Shown here piece after piece: positions 37,536 through 49,379 of a stretch of 64,000 nt of DNA (the first letter of the stretch is position 1; each line of letters begins with the position of its first letter). The stretch lies in the NCBI GenBank assembly GCA_965153285.1, contig OZ229110.1, one strand, 5' to 3'. Origin of the DNA: Podarcis tiliguerta. Lineage: Eukaryota. Position numbers and translations under genes: made by a program. Below the pieces are notes generated by a model. It was not told where the DNA came from and searched no databases. It saw only the letters and a list, made by a program, of their open reading frames with translations.

Positions 37536-38653
37536 ATATATATGAGAGATTATTTATTTGGACTGATGCTAAGGTGTTCTGCTCCAATATGGTGTGTGCT
37601 GTGGCAGAAGGTGCCGTACATTGTTGCGGAAATTGCCTGTGAGCTGTGAAAGATGTGAATTCTATGGCAAAGCAGCTTGATAATAAAACAGTGGGTAAAC
37701 ATTATGTGCTGAAAGATGGGCATTTGCAAGGAAGCATTTGGAGAACAAATGTTTCTGTTGAGCCCCACGTTTTGATGGGCTTTCTACTAAAGTCTCCTGT
37801 TTGTTTTCACAGAACCAGATGAGACTGGGATGGTGTGCACACACAATAGATCTTTGCAGCTGGAAATCAGCGTCACAAATTGTTTTCTTTGACAGTGCTA
37901 ATTGATTACAAGGGTTTAGCCTTATCTAAATTGTTAAATTCAGCAGTGTCTGTGCTTCCCTTTTCTTTTCTTTTTTGCACAGACAAAATAAGGAGAGTTA
38001 ATAACTACATAAAGGAACATGGGCAAATAATATTTGCTAACTTTTAAAACAAAAACAAAGCCATAAATTGTAGATGTGGCAGTGTGAGGATTGACTGCCA
38101 TAGGAGAGATGCAGAAAAACTTTGATCAGCGAATTGTGTTTTTCTAGGAAATTGATAGTAAATCATGCCTTTTGGAGAACAGACAGTATCACGTGTGAGG
38201 TCTGACTGGGATGCCCCTGAAAGCCTTTTAAGCTAGAGTGTGTAATAAAGAGGTGAGACATGAAAATATGAATTGAATGAGGGCTACATTTATTGTTACA
38301 GATCTCAGCAGAGGGAAATAAGGGTGTTGGAGAAAATCAGTTGCATGTTGCCTTGCGTGAGCTGTCCTGCCCAGGACAGGATGCCTGGCAACATCATAGC
38401 CCCTCTGCCTTTAAGGTGTGTAGGAAGGCTTTCTTACCCCTACCCTGGGCTCACAGAACTCTGAGTGGGTAAAATCAGGCTGCTTAATAGGCACTCCATA
38501 TCCAACACACAGGTCTCATGGCCCAGAGTGGCTCGCATCCAGAAATGTCCAGCACCCAGAAAGGGACCACCAGGTACTTACCTATTCACCTCACCACAAT
38601 TCTATCCTTGCACCTTTCTGCCAACTGGGACCAGATTACTCTATTTAACAATA

Positions 38654-38985
38654 CAGTCATACCTCGGGTTGAATGGGCTTTGGGTTGAGCACGTTCGAGT
38701 TGCGCTCCGCGACAACCCGGAAGTAACAAAGCGCATTACTTCCTGGTTTCACCACTCGCGCATGCGCAGACGCTCAAAATGACGACATGCGCATGTGCGG
38801 AAGCAGCAAAACGCGACCCACGCACGCGCAGACGCACCATCACGGCTTATGTTGCATCCCGTTTGCATCCTGAGGTACCACTGTACACACTGGCTAGTCT
38901 CAACCTTCCCAAATGCATACAGCTTATGCAACACGGCTTATGTTGCATCCGGAATGCATCCCGTTTGCATCCCGAGGTACCACTG
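38654..38985. mobile_element. CpG-rich Tigger-like MITE with duplicated right end
   Basis: TA + CAGTCATACCTCGGG start; right TIR GAGGTACCACTG+TA occurs twice (ending 38883 and 38985). Confidence 0.85.
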
Positions 38986-41061
38986 TACACACTGGCTAGT
39001 CTCAACCTTCCCAAATGCATACAGCATAGAGTAGGCAGTATAGTGAATCAGATCAGTGCTGTGCAGCAAAAGGGGCTGAAGGAGGCAGCACAAGGGCTTA
39101 TATTAGCATGGCTCAACTTTTCATACGAAGTGGGCTGCAAGTGTTATTCAACACAGAACCCATGCCTTGTTAGGCAGGCTGTGGAGGCCAAAATTTGACA
39201 CCACCCCAGCCCTTGCACTGCCTTCCCAAGCCAGATAAGCAAGGTGTTGGGTTTTGTGAAGGAGGCATGAGGTAGGGTCCTAGAGCCCTACCACCTGTTT
39301 CTGAAAGCTGGGAAAGTGCTAACCAGGCCACAAGTTCGACCACTCTGGCTTATATATACTGACTCCTCCTTCAACGTTGCTCAATGTGCAGGTGCACATG
39401 GAACATCTCCATGTCATGCCTTTCCTTCTAGCCACATATGATGCGTCTGCTGTCAGCCTTGCACTGGCTGTTTGAGTAGTTTCCTGCTATAAATAGACAC
39501 AAGTTCATTTGTCACAATGGTTTGCACATTGGCATTATTGTTTCTTCTGTCCTGGTGTTTTAACCATTATTCCCCATAGCAAACACATTTGTATTGTTTG
39601 GATGTAATGATCGTAGCTCAATAAACTATAGAAATGAACACATTTCTATGCAGTCAGGGAATGCATATGGTGGAGCTGGAGCTCACCTATATTTCCAAGT
39701 GTTCAAAAGACTTTGGGGCACACATTTCCCTCTACATGTGACTTGCTTCCTGCAGGAAACAGCTGTGTAGCACTGGTGTAGTTGTAGCAAACATGATTGC
39801 TGCAGAAAGTATAAAGCAGCTCTGAAGGCAGTGGTGTTATTTAAATTATGTGGTGTGTTAGTAGTAAGGAATTGTAGTTTAGCCATTCATGAGTTGCTTC
39901 ATAGAATAGTATAACCTTCAACACACCCACCCACTCCTGAAATGACTTCAAAGGTGCATTTGCAAAATGAAATGGAAGTAATTATTAAACTTTTACACTA
40001 TTTACCCCCATGTGTTTCCCTCTTGTTAAAGTTCTAGAATGGGTCTTCTAATGTATACACAGTGAAATAACTTAGCTGTAGTACATATCCTTAATTAAAA
40101 TTATACTTCTTACATAAATGAGCAATGTCTGATACTGGTAAGATTTGGGGGTGAGTTTTGCCAGTAGAGGGCCATGTTAAACTGAATAATATCAGAATGG
40201 ACCCTTTTAGTGAGCTGCAGTTTTTATGAGGACTTTAAAGGACAATATTTTTGAAGGTTTTTTTTTGTAATTTTGATATTTTATATCAAATTAGACTATT
40301 AAGCACTATTGTCCGCTCAACTTTTTTATTTCAATGGCAGTGAAGTAGTAGACTGATGCTTTTTTGTTTAATCTCAGCTCTTAAAAGTAGGCTGAGGAAT
40401 TTTTCAGACATAAGTAACAGTTTCAGTCATCCATCATCCATAAGATAAAAGGATAGCTAGGTAGACAGATTAGAAAATGATGTGTTCAGAATACACTGAT
40501 AAAATGAGAAAGTGGACATTTTAGATCAGCAAACCATCTTTATAATAAACAATTCAACCCAAAAATCCACTATTGATTTCTTTCTTACCTAAAACCTGGC
40601 TTTTCTGAATCTGTATGCTATGTTCACATTTTTCTGATTGAACGTAAAGGGTCATTCATTACCCTCTCAGTTGCTTGTCCTTTGAACAGATGTTAAAGGA
40701 GTAAGCCAAAGGGTTCCTCCTCCACAGCACCTAATTATAACTGGCACAAAGGATTAACAGATGTTATAATTGTCCTTATACTTTGCTGAAATGGGTTTCT
40801 GCATAATTTGTTTTCCCGTCTCTCACCTGACAATACCATTCCTGTAAGGCTGCATGGACAATGGAGACATGCCTTCAATTTGTTATCAGAGCTTGTTGTA
40901 CAGTCTTGCAATTTATGTTATATTTATTTACATTTTTAGCATAGTTTTTGTATGAAGCCATGCAGAGAAAAAGAAAACACATAAATTGCCAGCTTGGATT
41001 CCCCCCCCCCCATGTATCACATTGTTAGCCTCTGATGCTCAGTAGCTAATGATGGGACATA

Positions 41062-41302
41062 CAGTGGCACCTCGGTTTACGAACTTAATCTGTTCCGGAA
41101 GTCCGTTCTTAAACCAAAGCCGTTCTTAAACTGAGGTACGCTTTCCCTAATGAGTCCTCCTGTCACTGGTGCCCTTCCACTGTTCAGCTTCTGTTCATAG
41201 ACCGAGGTAAAGTTCACAAACCGGGACACTACTTCCGGTTTTGCGGAGTTCATATACTGAATAGTTCGTAAACAGAGCTGTTCTTAAACCAAGATACCAC
41301 TG
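41062..41302 (-). mobile_element. Tigger-like MITE, subfamily B, inverted
   Basis: TA-flanked; reverse complement of 14997-15220. Confidence 0.88.
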
Positions 41303-41614
41303 TATACAGTAGAAGTGTTCACCAACAACAAGATTTAGCTCAGACCCCAGTTCAGTGCTTTGGAAAACAACCCACTTCACTCTGAGACACTTTGTACACT
41401 GCCTGATTCAGTGGGGTCTCTGCAAGTCCACTTGGTTCCTCCAATTCACTATTGAGGAATGAAAAAATGGTTATATTTTTTTATTGACATTTTTTTATTT
41501 GTATTTAATCCTTTCTCTTTAACCATGAATTCTAGAAGTTTGTAATTCTACAGGATCCCACAGACAATGCTAGATTAGGTTTGCCAGTGAAATGCTTTTG
41601 CCATAACAGCAATA

Positions 41615-41845
41615 CAGTGGTACCTCGAGTTAAGAACTTAATTTGTTCCGGAGGTCCATTCTTAACCTGAAACTGTTCTTAACATGAGGTACCACTTTAG
41701 CTAATGGGGCCTCCTGCAGCCACCGCGCGATTTCTGTTCTCATCCTGAAGCAAAGTTCTTAACCCGAGGTGCTATTTCTGGGTTAGCGGAGTCTGTAACC
41801 TGAAGCGTCTGTAACCTGAAGCATCTGTAACTCGAGGTACCACTC
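41615..41845 (-). mobile_element. Tigger-like MITE, subfamily A, inverted
   Basis: Reverse complement of 7302-7543 with the same TIRs. Confidence 0.88.
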
Positions 41846-43039
41846 TCACACTTCCATTGTTCCATTTATCACTGTATTTATTTTGTAAAACTTCCTGACT
41901 GTATGTAAGTGTTCTGTACACACTTTATATATCAACAGAGTTAAGTATATCTTTCAGTTTATAAAACATAAAGTCTTGTGTAGGTGGTTTCAGAAATCAG
42001 CCTTTTAAAACCCCAGATCTTGATGCTTCAAAATGACATCAAAATCCCAGGTAGAAGAACAGGAGTTAAGAATGAAATCCTGGCTTAACAACAGTGATAT
42101 GCACAGCATTTTAATTATGCAGACACCTGTTCACCACCAACTTTTAGTATTTCATATAGGTCACTGAGCAGCCATCTCATAGTAATGACTTTCACCCACT
42201 GCCAACCTGGACTGAATCTGAAATGCCATTCTTGGGGTTAAAGGCTAAAATTCCAATTACCAGAAGTATGAGGTATCCAATTTCCTGCATTACCACACTG
42301 CTGAAGCACTGCTTGAGTGCTCTATATGTTTTCAGGAACGTGGAATCATGTATAAATTATGACTTATTAAAATATTAGTTGCATTGCTTTATGATTTTAG
42401 CAAGTGTTAATAATTGATAGTGAAGGAAAGTCTCATGCAGCACATAGCTTAATATGTTTATTCCTTTTGCAGTGTCTAATACTCAAAGGGATCTGAGAAA
42501 GAGCCTTTGTACCATAGAGCTAGCAGGGGGAACAATAAAACAACAGAATGTAGCAAGTGATGCACAACTTCTCTGCATGCAAGATTCATTAATAATTATC
42601 ATGTGTTGAGTTTCTGTTTAATAAAACAGAACATTCAGCACATTGATCCATGGCTTCATAAATCATAGTTTATGGTTCATTAAATCACAGCTCTCTGTTC
42701 TGTCCAAACTAATATTTGGCTTAATACAGGTTAACAAACCAAGGTTATAAAACAGATTCAGAAAATAATCCTGCTTGTTTGTTAACTGATAAGCCAAAAG
42801 GTGGGATTGTGGCTCAATATAAGCCAGAATCCAGTTTGTGATGGCAGAAGGGTTGAGCCAAGGAAGAACACACAATCACAGCACTTACCCACAACTTTGC
42901 AAACCATGGACAAACTTCTGAATATTGCCATTCTATTAGAGTGTCATCAAATATTTAGAAAACAAGAAAGCTGTTTCTGGCATTTCTAGAATAATGTTGA
43001 TTCAAATCCTTGATAAACCAATTTCATGTGCTCTTACAG

Positions 43040-43089
43040 AGGAGAAGAAAGCAGAAGTGAGTGTTGCCCACAATGCAGATTGAGAGTTG
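43040..43089 (+). other. Candidate small 5'UTR exon
   Basis: Acceptor gtgctcttacAG (43038-43039) followed by purine-rich GAAGAA enhancer-like sequence. Possible donors GAA|GTGAGT (43057, 17-nt microexon) or TTG|GTATTC (43090). Confidence 0.3.
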
Positions 43090-43322
43090 GTATTCATAGA
43101 TGTGCTATCGAGGGAGGATTCCTATGGGAGCACAAGTATTATGCATCTATGTGCTTTTGCCTTTATGGAGCACTGACTTCCATAAGAATTAACATGATTC
43201 TACCTAAAAAGAGACTAGCACCTTTTACTAAGCTGAAAACATATTATAGCCTGATTAAGTTTTAGAATTCTTGATTTTAAAATAGCTTTCTATCAGCTGT
43301 TGTTCTGTAGATTTTAATAATA

Positions 43323-43466
43323 TAGGGCTGCCATACATCCAGATGTTCTTTGGACATTACCGAGATTTCAAAGGCGGATTTGACATCTGGGGGGAATTTC
43401 CGAAATGTGGCGCTCAACAACTTTCGGGGTGTCCTGGTTTTTACTTTTTGAAATATGGCAACCCTA
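43323..43466. mobile_element. hAT (Blackjack-like) MITE
   Basis: TIRs TAGGGCTGCCATA / TATGGCAACCCTA; no clean TSD; a related fragment lies at 63407. Confidence 0.7.
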
Positions 43467-44504
43467 AATAATCTTCTATTGCTGCAATCAGAATATTCCT
43501 ATTACTATTCCATTTTCTATCTTCATCTGTAGCTCTAATATTATTGTTAATGTCCTTCACCTATATACCTATTTTTCACCCATATACCTATTTCTTTTCT
43601 GTTTCACTTGAAATGCAGATGAGGTAAAGGAAATGGGTTGGATGACACAAAATGTAGAAGACTTATGGACTCTAAGTAGTAGTTCATGAACTTTTTTTTT
43701 TAAAATTTACATTTTTATTCATTCTGTAACAGATGGTGAGAATCCATCTGCAATTGCCAGTACCTCTTTGCAAAAAGTAAAGCAAACCCCTCCCTGTGAG
43801 CTAGCAGCTGACTGCCTCTGGGGAAATGAGGCATTACTGTTATTTATATTTTTCCAAAGCAAACCTCTCAACCTAGTATCTGTATAATTTGGGCCAGACA
43901 CATCAATGCAGAAAAAAGAAAACCAGAAGAGATTAAGGGGAAAGAAAACCTATTATTCCATCGCTGCCTTTGATACATTGCTCCCTGTAGTGTATTTTAT
44001 AGTACTTTAGCCACTGTACTGTTTAATATCACAAGTCTTCTACCTTTTCCCTGGAAATATGGCACCACATTTTATATTAGATTTCATTGTAGAGAGCGTA
44101 TCCTAATCAGTCTCTATTTCATATCATTGCAATAATCTTCTAAAGCTTTTTGGCAATGGTTTACATCCTTCAAAAAAACATAAAATGGTTATTTCCCCCC
44201 TCTCTCCCAAAGGCCTTTCTTCATTGTTTAAATTCATTACATCCAACTTTGTTCGACTGTGCTCATAAGGCTACTGTTATGGCTGTTTTCCAAATACCTT
44301 TCAATATTTCTGAACTTGTGGTCATTATTGGTGCAGACTACTTGGAATACATGGAAGTGTATTATATGTGAATTGAATACTATTGTGCTGCTGTGCCACC
44401 TGATTCAGCTTTCAGCACAACATTTAAAATATGCTCCAAGCTAGAAAACACGGCTTCCCCTGCAATTTCCCAGATAGAATCCATTCAGGAGCCAATCTCT
44501 AGAA

Positions 44505-45645
44505 CAGGGGTGTCAAACTCAAATTCATCGGGGGCCGCATCAGCAGTTTGGTCACCCTCAAAGGGCCGGTTGTATCTTTAGGACTATGTGTCCACTCTTT
44601 ATTATCATAAATTATTGCCAATGCATTCAATTATTACTGTTTTTTGTAATAATGTAAGTAATAACTAGCTCTGAAAGCAAAAACATAGTCAGAATAATGG
44701 CAAGTAGATATTCAAATGTACAATTATTGTACAATTTATTGAAAAATGATTTTTGGTAACAGACAGTAATTTTTTTAAAAAAAACATACAAATATTGCCA
44801 AACATTGTTTATTACACATATGGCAAACACAAGGCATTAACATTTTTTTAACTTTTCTGACTAGATGGCTGACATCATTTTCCTGAGGTCAATCCATCGA
44901 TGTCTGGCGTTAGGTCTTGTGCTGTAGCAATCCGCAAAACAGCATGGAGGTTGTTGCTTTTCCTGGTGGCTAAGGTTAGCAAATTTGGCTCCATGTTTGG
45001 TCTCAAAGTGCCGGCGTAAATTGTATTCCTTCATCACTGCCACTGCCTCATAGCAAATAAGACATACCGGCTTGTCTCCATTAATCACAAACATGTATTC
45101 ACTTTCCCATCTCTCCTGAAATTGCCTTCCCTCTGCATCAACTTTTCTTTTTTTGGACATTTTTGGGTTATTTGATTGTAGTTTATGGTCCCTATACCAC
45201 TGTAAAGTGACACGGAAGTGGTCAGTATATCCAAAGTTTACTGCTCAGACTTTTAAGCAGAATAATAAGCAGACCCCCCCTAATAAGCAGACCCCCCTCC
45301 CACATACATTATATGTACTTACAGTACAGGAGAGAAGGGTTCAGGCAGCCGTTGGATCTGTCACATCACAGGATGGCATGCGCTCAATATAAAAACAAGT
45401 GGAGGTTTCCTGAATGCATGTAAAGTGGAGGTTTCCTGTGTAGAACGGCTGGCGCCGCTAGAGGGCAGATGTTCTCTGGCTTGTAGGCTGCCGCGCATGC
45501 GCTGAAGAGGCGGCTTTCTTGTGTCAAAAAAAAAAAAAAGCGAGAATAAAAGGTGAAGGCTGGCGGCCGGCAGCGGCTACACGGGCCACATGACGAGGTC
45601 TGGTGGGCCGGATTCGGCCCACGGGCCTTGTGTTTGACACCCATG
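44505..45645 (-). mobile_element. Internally deleted hAT (Charlie/GTF2IRD2-like) DNA transposon
   Basis: TIRs CAGGGGTGTCAAAC / GTTTGACACCCATG; 8-bp TSD ctctagaa / cgctagaa (NTCTAGAN-type target); contains transposase N- and C-terminal remnants. Confidence 0.92.
44849..45160 (-). pseudogene. hAT transposase remnant: N-terminal zinc finger fused out of frame to the extreme C-terminus
   Basis: MSKKRKVDAEGRQFQERWESEYMF...PVCLICYEAVAVMKEYNLRRHFETKH (NLS plus CxxC...H...H). After ~44950 another frame reads NLHAVLRIATAQDLTPDIDGLTSGK*CQPSSQKS*, typical of the hAT C-terminus. Confidence 0.88.
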
Positions 45646-45946
45646 CGCTAGAATGTTTTGTGGTGTAAGTGGTGGACATTAGATGTGAATTCATAGATGT
45701 GTTACTGGAAATAAGTGCAATTAACCTGTATGCATGTGTGTCTGCCGTTGTACATAGGTTGGCTTGTTGTCTTTTACACATAAAATGAATGTGTGGATGA
45801 TTCAGCCATTCTTGCTTTTTCATTAATCTATTGATTACACCATACAGGAAATTGAATGTGTTTGAGACATATGTAATTGACATTCATTTAGGTTTGTAAC
45901 TTGGTCCTGGCAGGTGGATACAATGGAAAACACTCTGAGGAAAACC

Positions 45947-46085
45947 CACACGCTATTTTTCTAGAAAAAGAGGTGCCAAAACCCTCCACAAATGCTTCCC
46001 TTGTTCTCTTATTATGGCAATGGCACCTACCTGAGATGTGCCAGAACTGAGTTCCGGTGAGTTCCGACTGAAAAAAAAAGCTCTG
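45947..46085. mobile_element. Probable non-autonomous hAT element (approximate ends)
   Basis: Ends gctatttttct... / ...gaaaaaaaagctctg with repeated gagttccg subterminal motifs. Confidence 0.5.
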
Positions 46086-49000
46086 AAAGGGCAAATCTGG
46101 TTCCAATCCATTGCTTTGAAGAACTGAGCACAGCTCTACAGTGACATGTGGATGATCGGTGGCATAAGGAGAATGCTGTGTAGCATCCCCATTCCCGAAT
46201 TCATCTGTCATTGTCTCTACATGCATCCTCACTTTCCCAGCTCATATCTGTTCTGAACTCTGTTCGAGCATTTAGTTTTGCAACCTGAATTCCTCAACTG
46301 CTTCACACAAGTGAATGAATAGCAAATGTACTCCTTTGACCTTTTCGGTCATCTTTGGTATAATTTACAGGCTGTTTGCTCTTCCCCTACAGCATGCCCC
46401 CCCCAAAAAACCTCATGATAAAAACAGACAGCCAATCAAAGTATGAAATGTTGAAAAGGTTACCACCTTTGGTTTTGCTGTGTCTGTTCAATGTTCATAG
46501 CCTTGTTAGCAAGAAATACTCTAACAAGAACAGAAAATGCCATCAGATGAATCATGTTTCTTACAGAGAAACTGAGAGATGATATAAACATAATCAATTT
46601 TCATTGCCAATGCAGATAACTATGTCCCAAGCTTTCACATCAATCTAGAACATTTCCTCTTAAGTGAATATTGTTGGCCTTTCAAACTGCTGATTAAGGT
46701 AGTGAGCAGCAGATCTTAAGATATATTTTTGTCTAGTAGCTGTTATCTCCTAGATAGTGTAATAGTCAATTCTACATTTTATTATCATTCATTAAAATTA
46801 TTTTTATACTAAACAAGATATCATAGAACTAGACTTCTAATTCTCATGTAAGATTCTGGGTGGTTTTTTGATATGACAGACTAATAGTGATTTGAAACTA
46901 ATATAATATTCCAGAGAGTTCCACATATTAACTAACTAATTAATTAATAACCAATTAATTTGAAAATCAATTGATATGGACTCAGAGAAGGAAACAACTG
47001 CTGGTTGTCCAAGTTTCCTGATCAGCTAAAGGAACATTTCTCCTTAGACCTCTAATTTGAGTCGCTCTTATGAAGACTCTTGACACTGAGGTGAGGTGGT
47101 GGGATGGCTCAGGAGGTTCATCTTTTGAGGACAAGGCAGTTTACTGTCCAGCTTCTGTGAACAATAGGAGAGTTGAGTTGTTCATCTGGTTAGGACTGAT
47201 ATCTCACACAGGATATAAATGAGAACTGGGAAGAGGTCTGGAGACTTAGTATGGAGGGCGGGTTGTTTCTCTAGTCTAGGTGGTTTATTTGGTGCCTTAA
47301 AAAGCCGTCCATTTGTTTAAAGGCAATGTTTCCATGAACATATTGCACTTGCTCTAAAATGGTCTCACTGGTTACTAATGCATCTGTACGCTCAATTCAA
47401 GGTTCTTGTATTGACTTTAAGGCCTGATAAGGTCAGTTGTCAGCACCCGGGGCAAGGCAAGTCCAGAGTATTGGGGGGGGGGATGCCTACCTCTTTATGA
47501 TCCCCCTTCCTGTCTCGGTATTACTGTGTATTCCATCAGGGAATTTGCCATTGACAAGAAGCAGGTGCTTTTCAATCAGTCTTCAAACTATGGAATTCCT
47601 TCCTCCTTGAAGTCATGCTAGCTCTTCCTTCGCTCCATTTGTTTATGTATTTATTACGTTTATATACTGACTTTTTGCCAATGCACCCATGGTGGCTTAT
47701 AATTTAAAAACACTAAAAGAAGCAAATGATCTAAAATGTAGAGTCCTTTCAGCTCAATAATGGTTTTATCATGAGTCTGGGCCTTCCCTCAGTTCTTAAG
47801 TCACCTCAGGGAAGGAGTTACCTCAGGCCACTGATGACTCATATAAAGAGCCGGCGGTATGTGCTTTGAGGGGAGGGAGTATGCCTTTTGTTGTTGTTGT
47901 GTCTTTTCTTTTTAAGATCTTGCTTAAGCATTGTTTAGATTTGGTTCTTTGCACTTGAGTTTTTAATCTGACTTTTGTTGTTCTGCTTTTTTGAATGATG
48001 GCATCAACATGAGAACATGTCTGACTCACAGGCTGAATTTCTCCAGTCTGCCATTGCCAAGCTCAATTGCCCCTGAAAACGGTATTTCAGCTGTGTTTGT
48101 TCAAACATCTTTGCCCCACCTTTCCACTAAAAAGTGCTTAAGGTGCCTATTTTGCACTGGCAAAAATCTCATGCGTGCTCTAAAGGCAGGCCAGGCCATG
48201 TGTAAATAGGGATTTTTGCAAAAGCAAAATGCGTGAAATCAGCTGTTGGGGAAAACAAACGCCCATGGCTGCTTGAAAGAAGCAATCTTGCCTTGTAAAC
48301 CTCCAAGCCAACCACAGTGCAATATGGTCTTCACAATCTACGGTAAGTCCTCACTTCAAAGCTCCCATCCTATCAGAAACCTACTGCATCACTTGCTCTG
48401 CTTAAAGCTCCCCCTCACGCTTGGAGTGGACCGGATAGAAATAGTGGGGGCTGTGACATAGAAACAGGTGCCACCTGTCAGCTAGAGAGACTGCTTGTCT
48501 GACTTGTTATAAGTCATTATACCTCAATTCTACCACAGCACTGTTGCTTTGGGAAGGTTTTGGCTAAGAGAAACTTATTTCTTTTTAATTTCAGGCTGTA
48601 CATAATGTAGATGCCCCTGCAAGTTTTCTGGTTTCCTCTTCACCTGGCTGTCAGAAGCAGCCAAAAATTCTTAACTAGAATTATTGACTTATTTTTGTTG
48701 TTTTTAGCATTTAAATAAGCTCAGCTTGCTGCATACCAGAGATGGGAGGGTAAAAGGGTGTGGGTGTTAACATAACTCTTGGACTGACCTGATTCTATTC
48801 CCAGTGCAGGATGTTCTCATGCTTTGCAGAGGTAGGATGCCTACATATTGTGATAATATTTTGGAGCATTGAAGCATTTGGAAGGATAAGAAACAGTTAT
48901 GGGATAGAAATATGTTACTCTGACAGATAGGAAGGTGGGGGATATAAATCAGCAATGTTGGTTTACAATGAGCGTTCCTCCGCGGTCCTGTGTACACTAT

Positions 49001-49379
49001 GATATTACACTGTGATATTTTGTTGTGTCATAAAACAGTTTATTATGCAATAAACCACTGTGGTAGAAAAGGGTATTCACAGCACTGGGCTGCAGCACCA
49101 AAACAGTGGAAGGGACAAGGAACATTCAGACTCTGATGGAGCCAGCCATCACCATCCACATCACTGGTCCACAGCTCAGTGTTCTCACCTACCATGGCAA
49201 CTGCCCACTATTGCCAGTCACTTGCACCCTTTCTTGGCCCTACCAGTAGTCTTCCTGGTCCTAGTGGTCCTGGGGTGGGACTTTAAAACAGAAGGTCAAC
49301 GTCCCTCTGCTCTGGACTGTCAGTAGCAGCCGGCAGATGCTATTTTAGCTTCTCAATGTAGTGTCCAACATCATATCAA

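Noticed and set aside
37584-37592. CArG (SRF) box
   Set aside because: CCAATATGG has five A/T bases, not the required six.
38779-39198. 139-aa ORF with an internal peptide repeat
   Set aside because: The repeat is the DNA duplication of a MITE end and its flank.
44861-45160. Domesticated gene such as GTF2IRD2, EPM2AIP1 or a ZBED
   Set aside because: It lies between TIRs and a TSD and lacks the catalytic core, so it is a transposon remnant.
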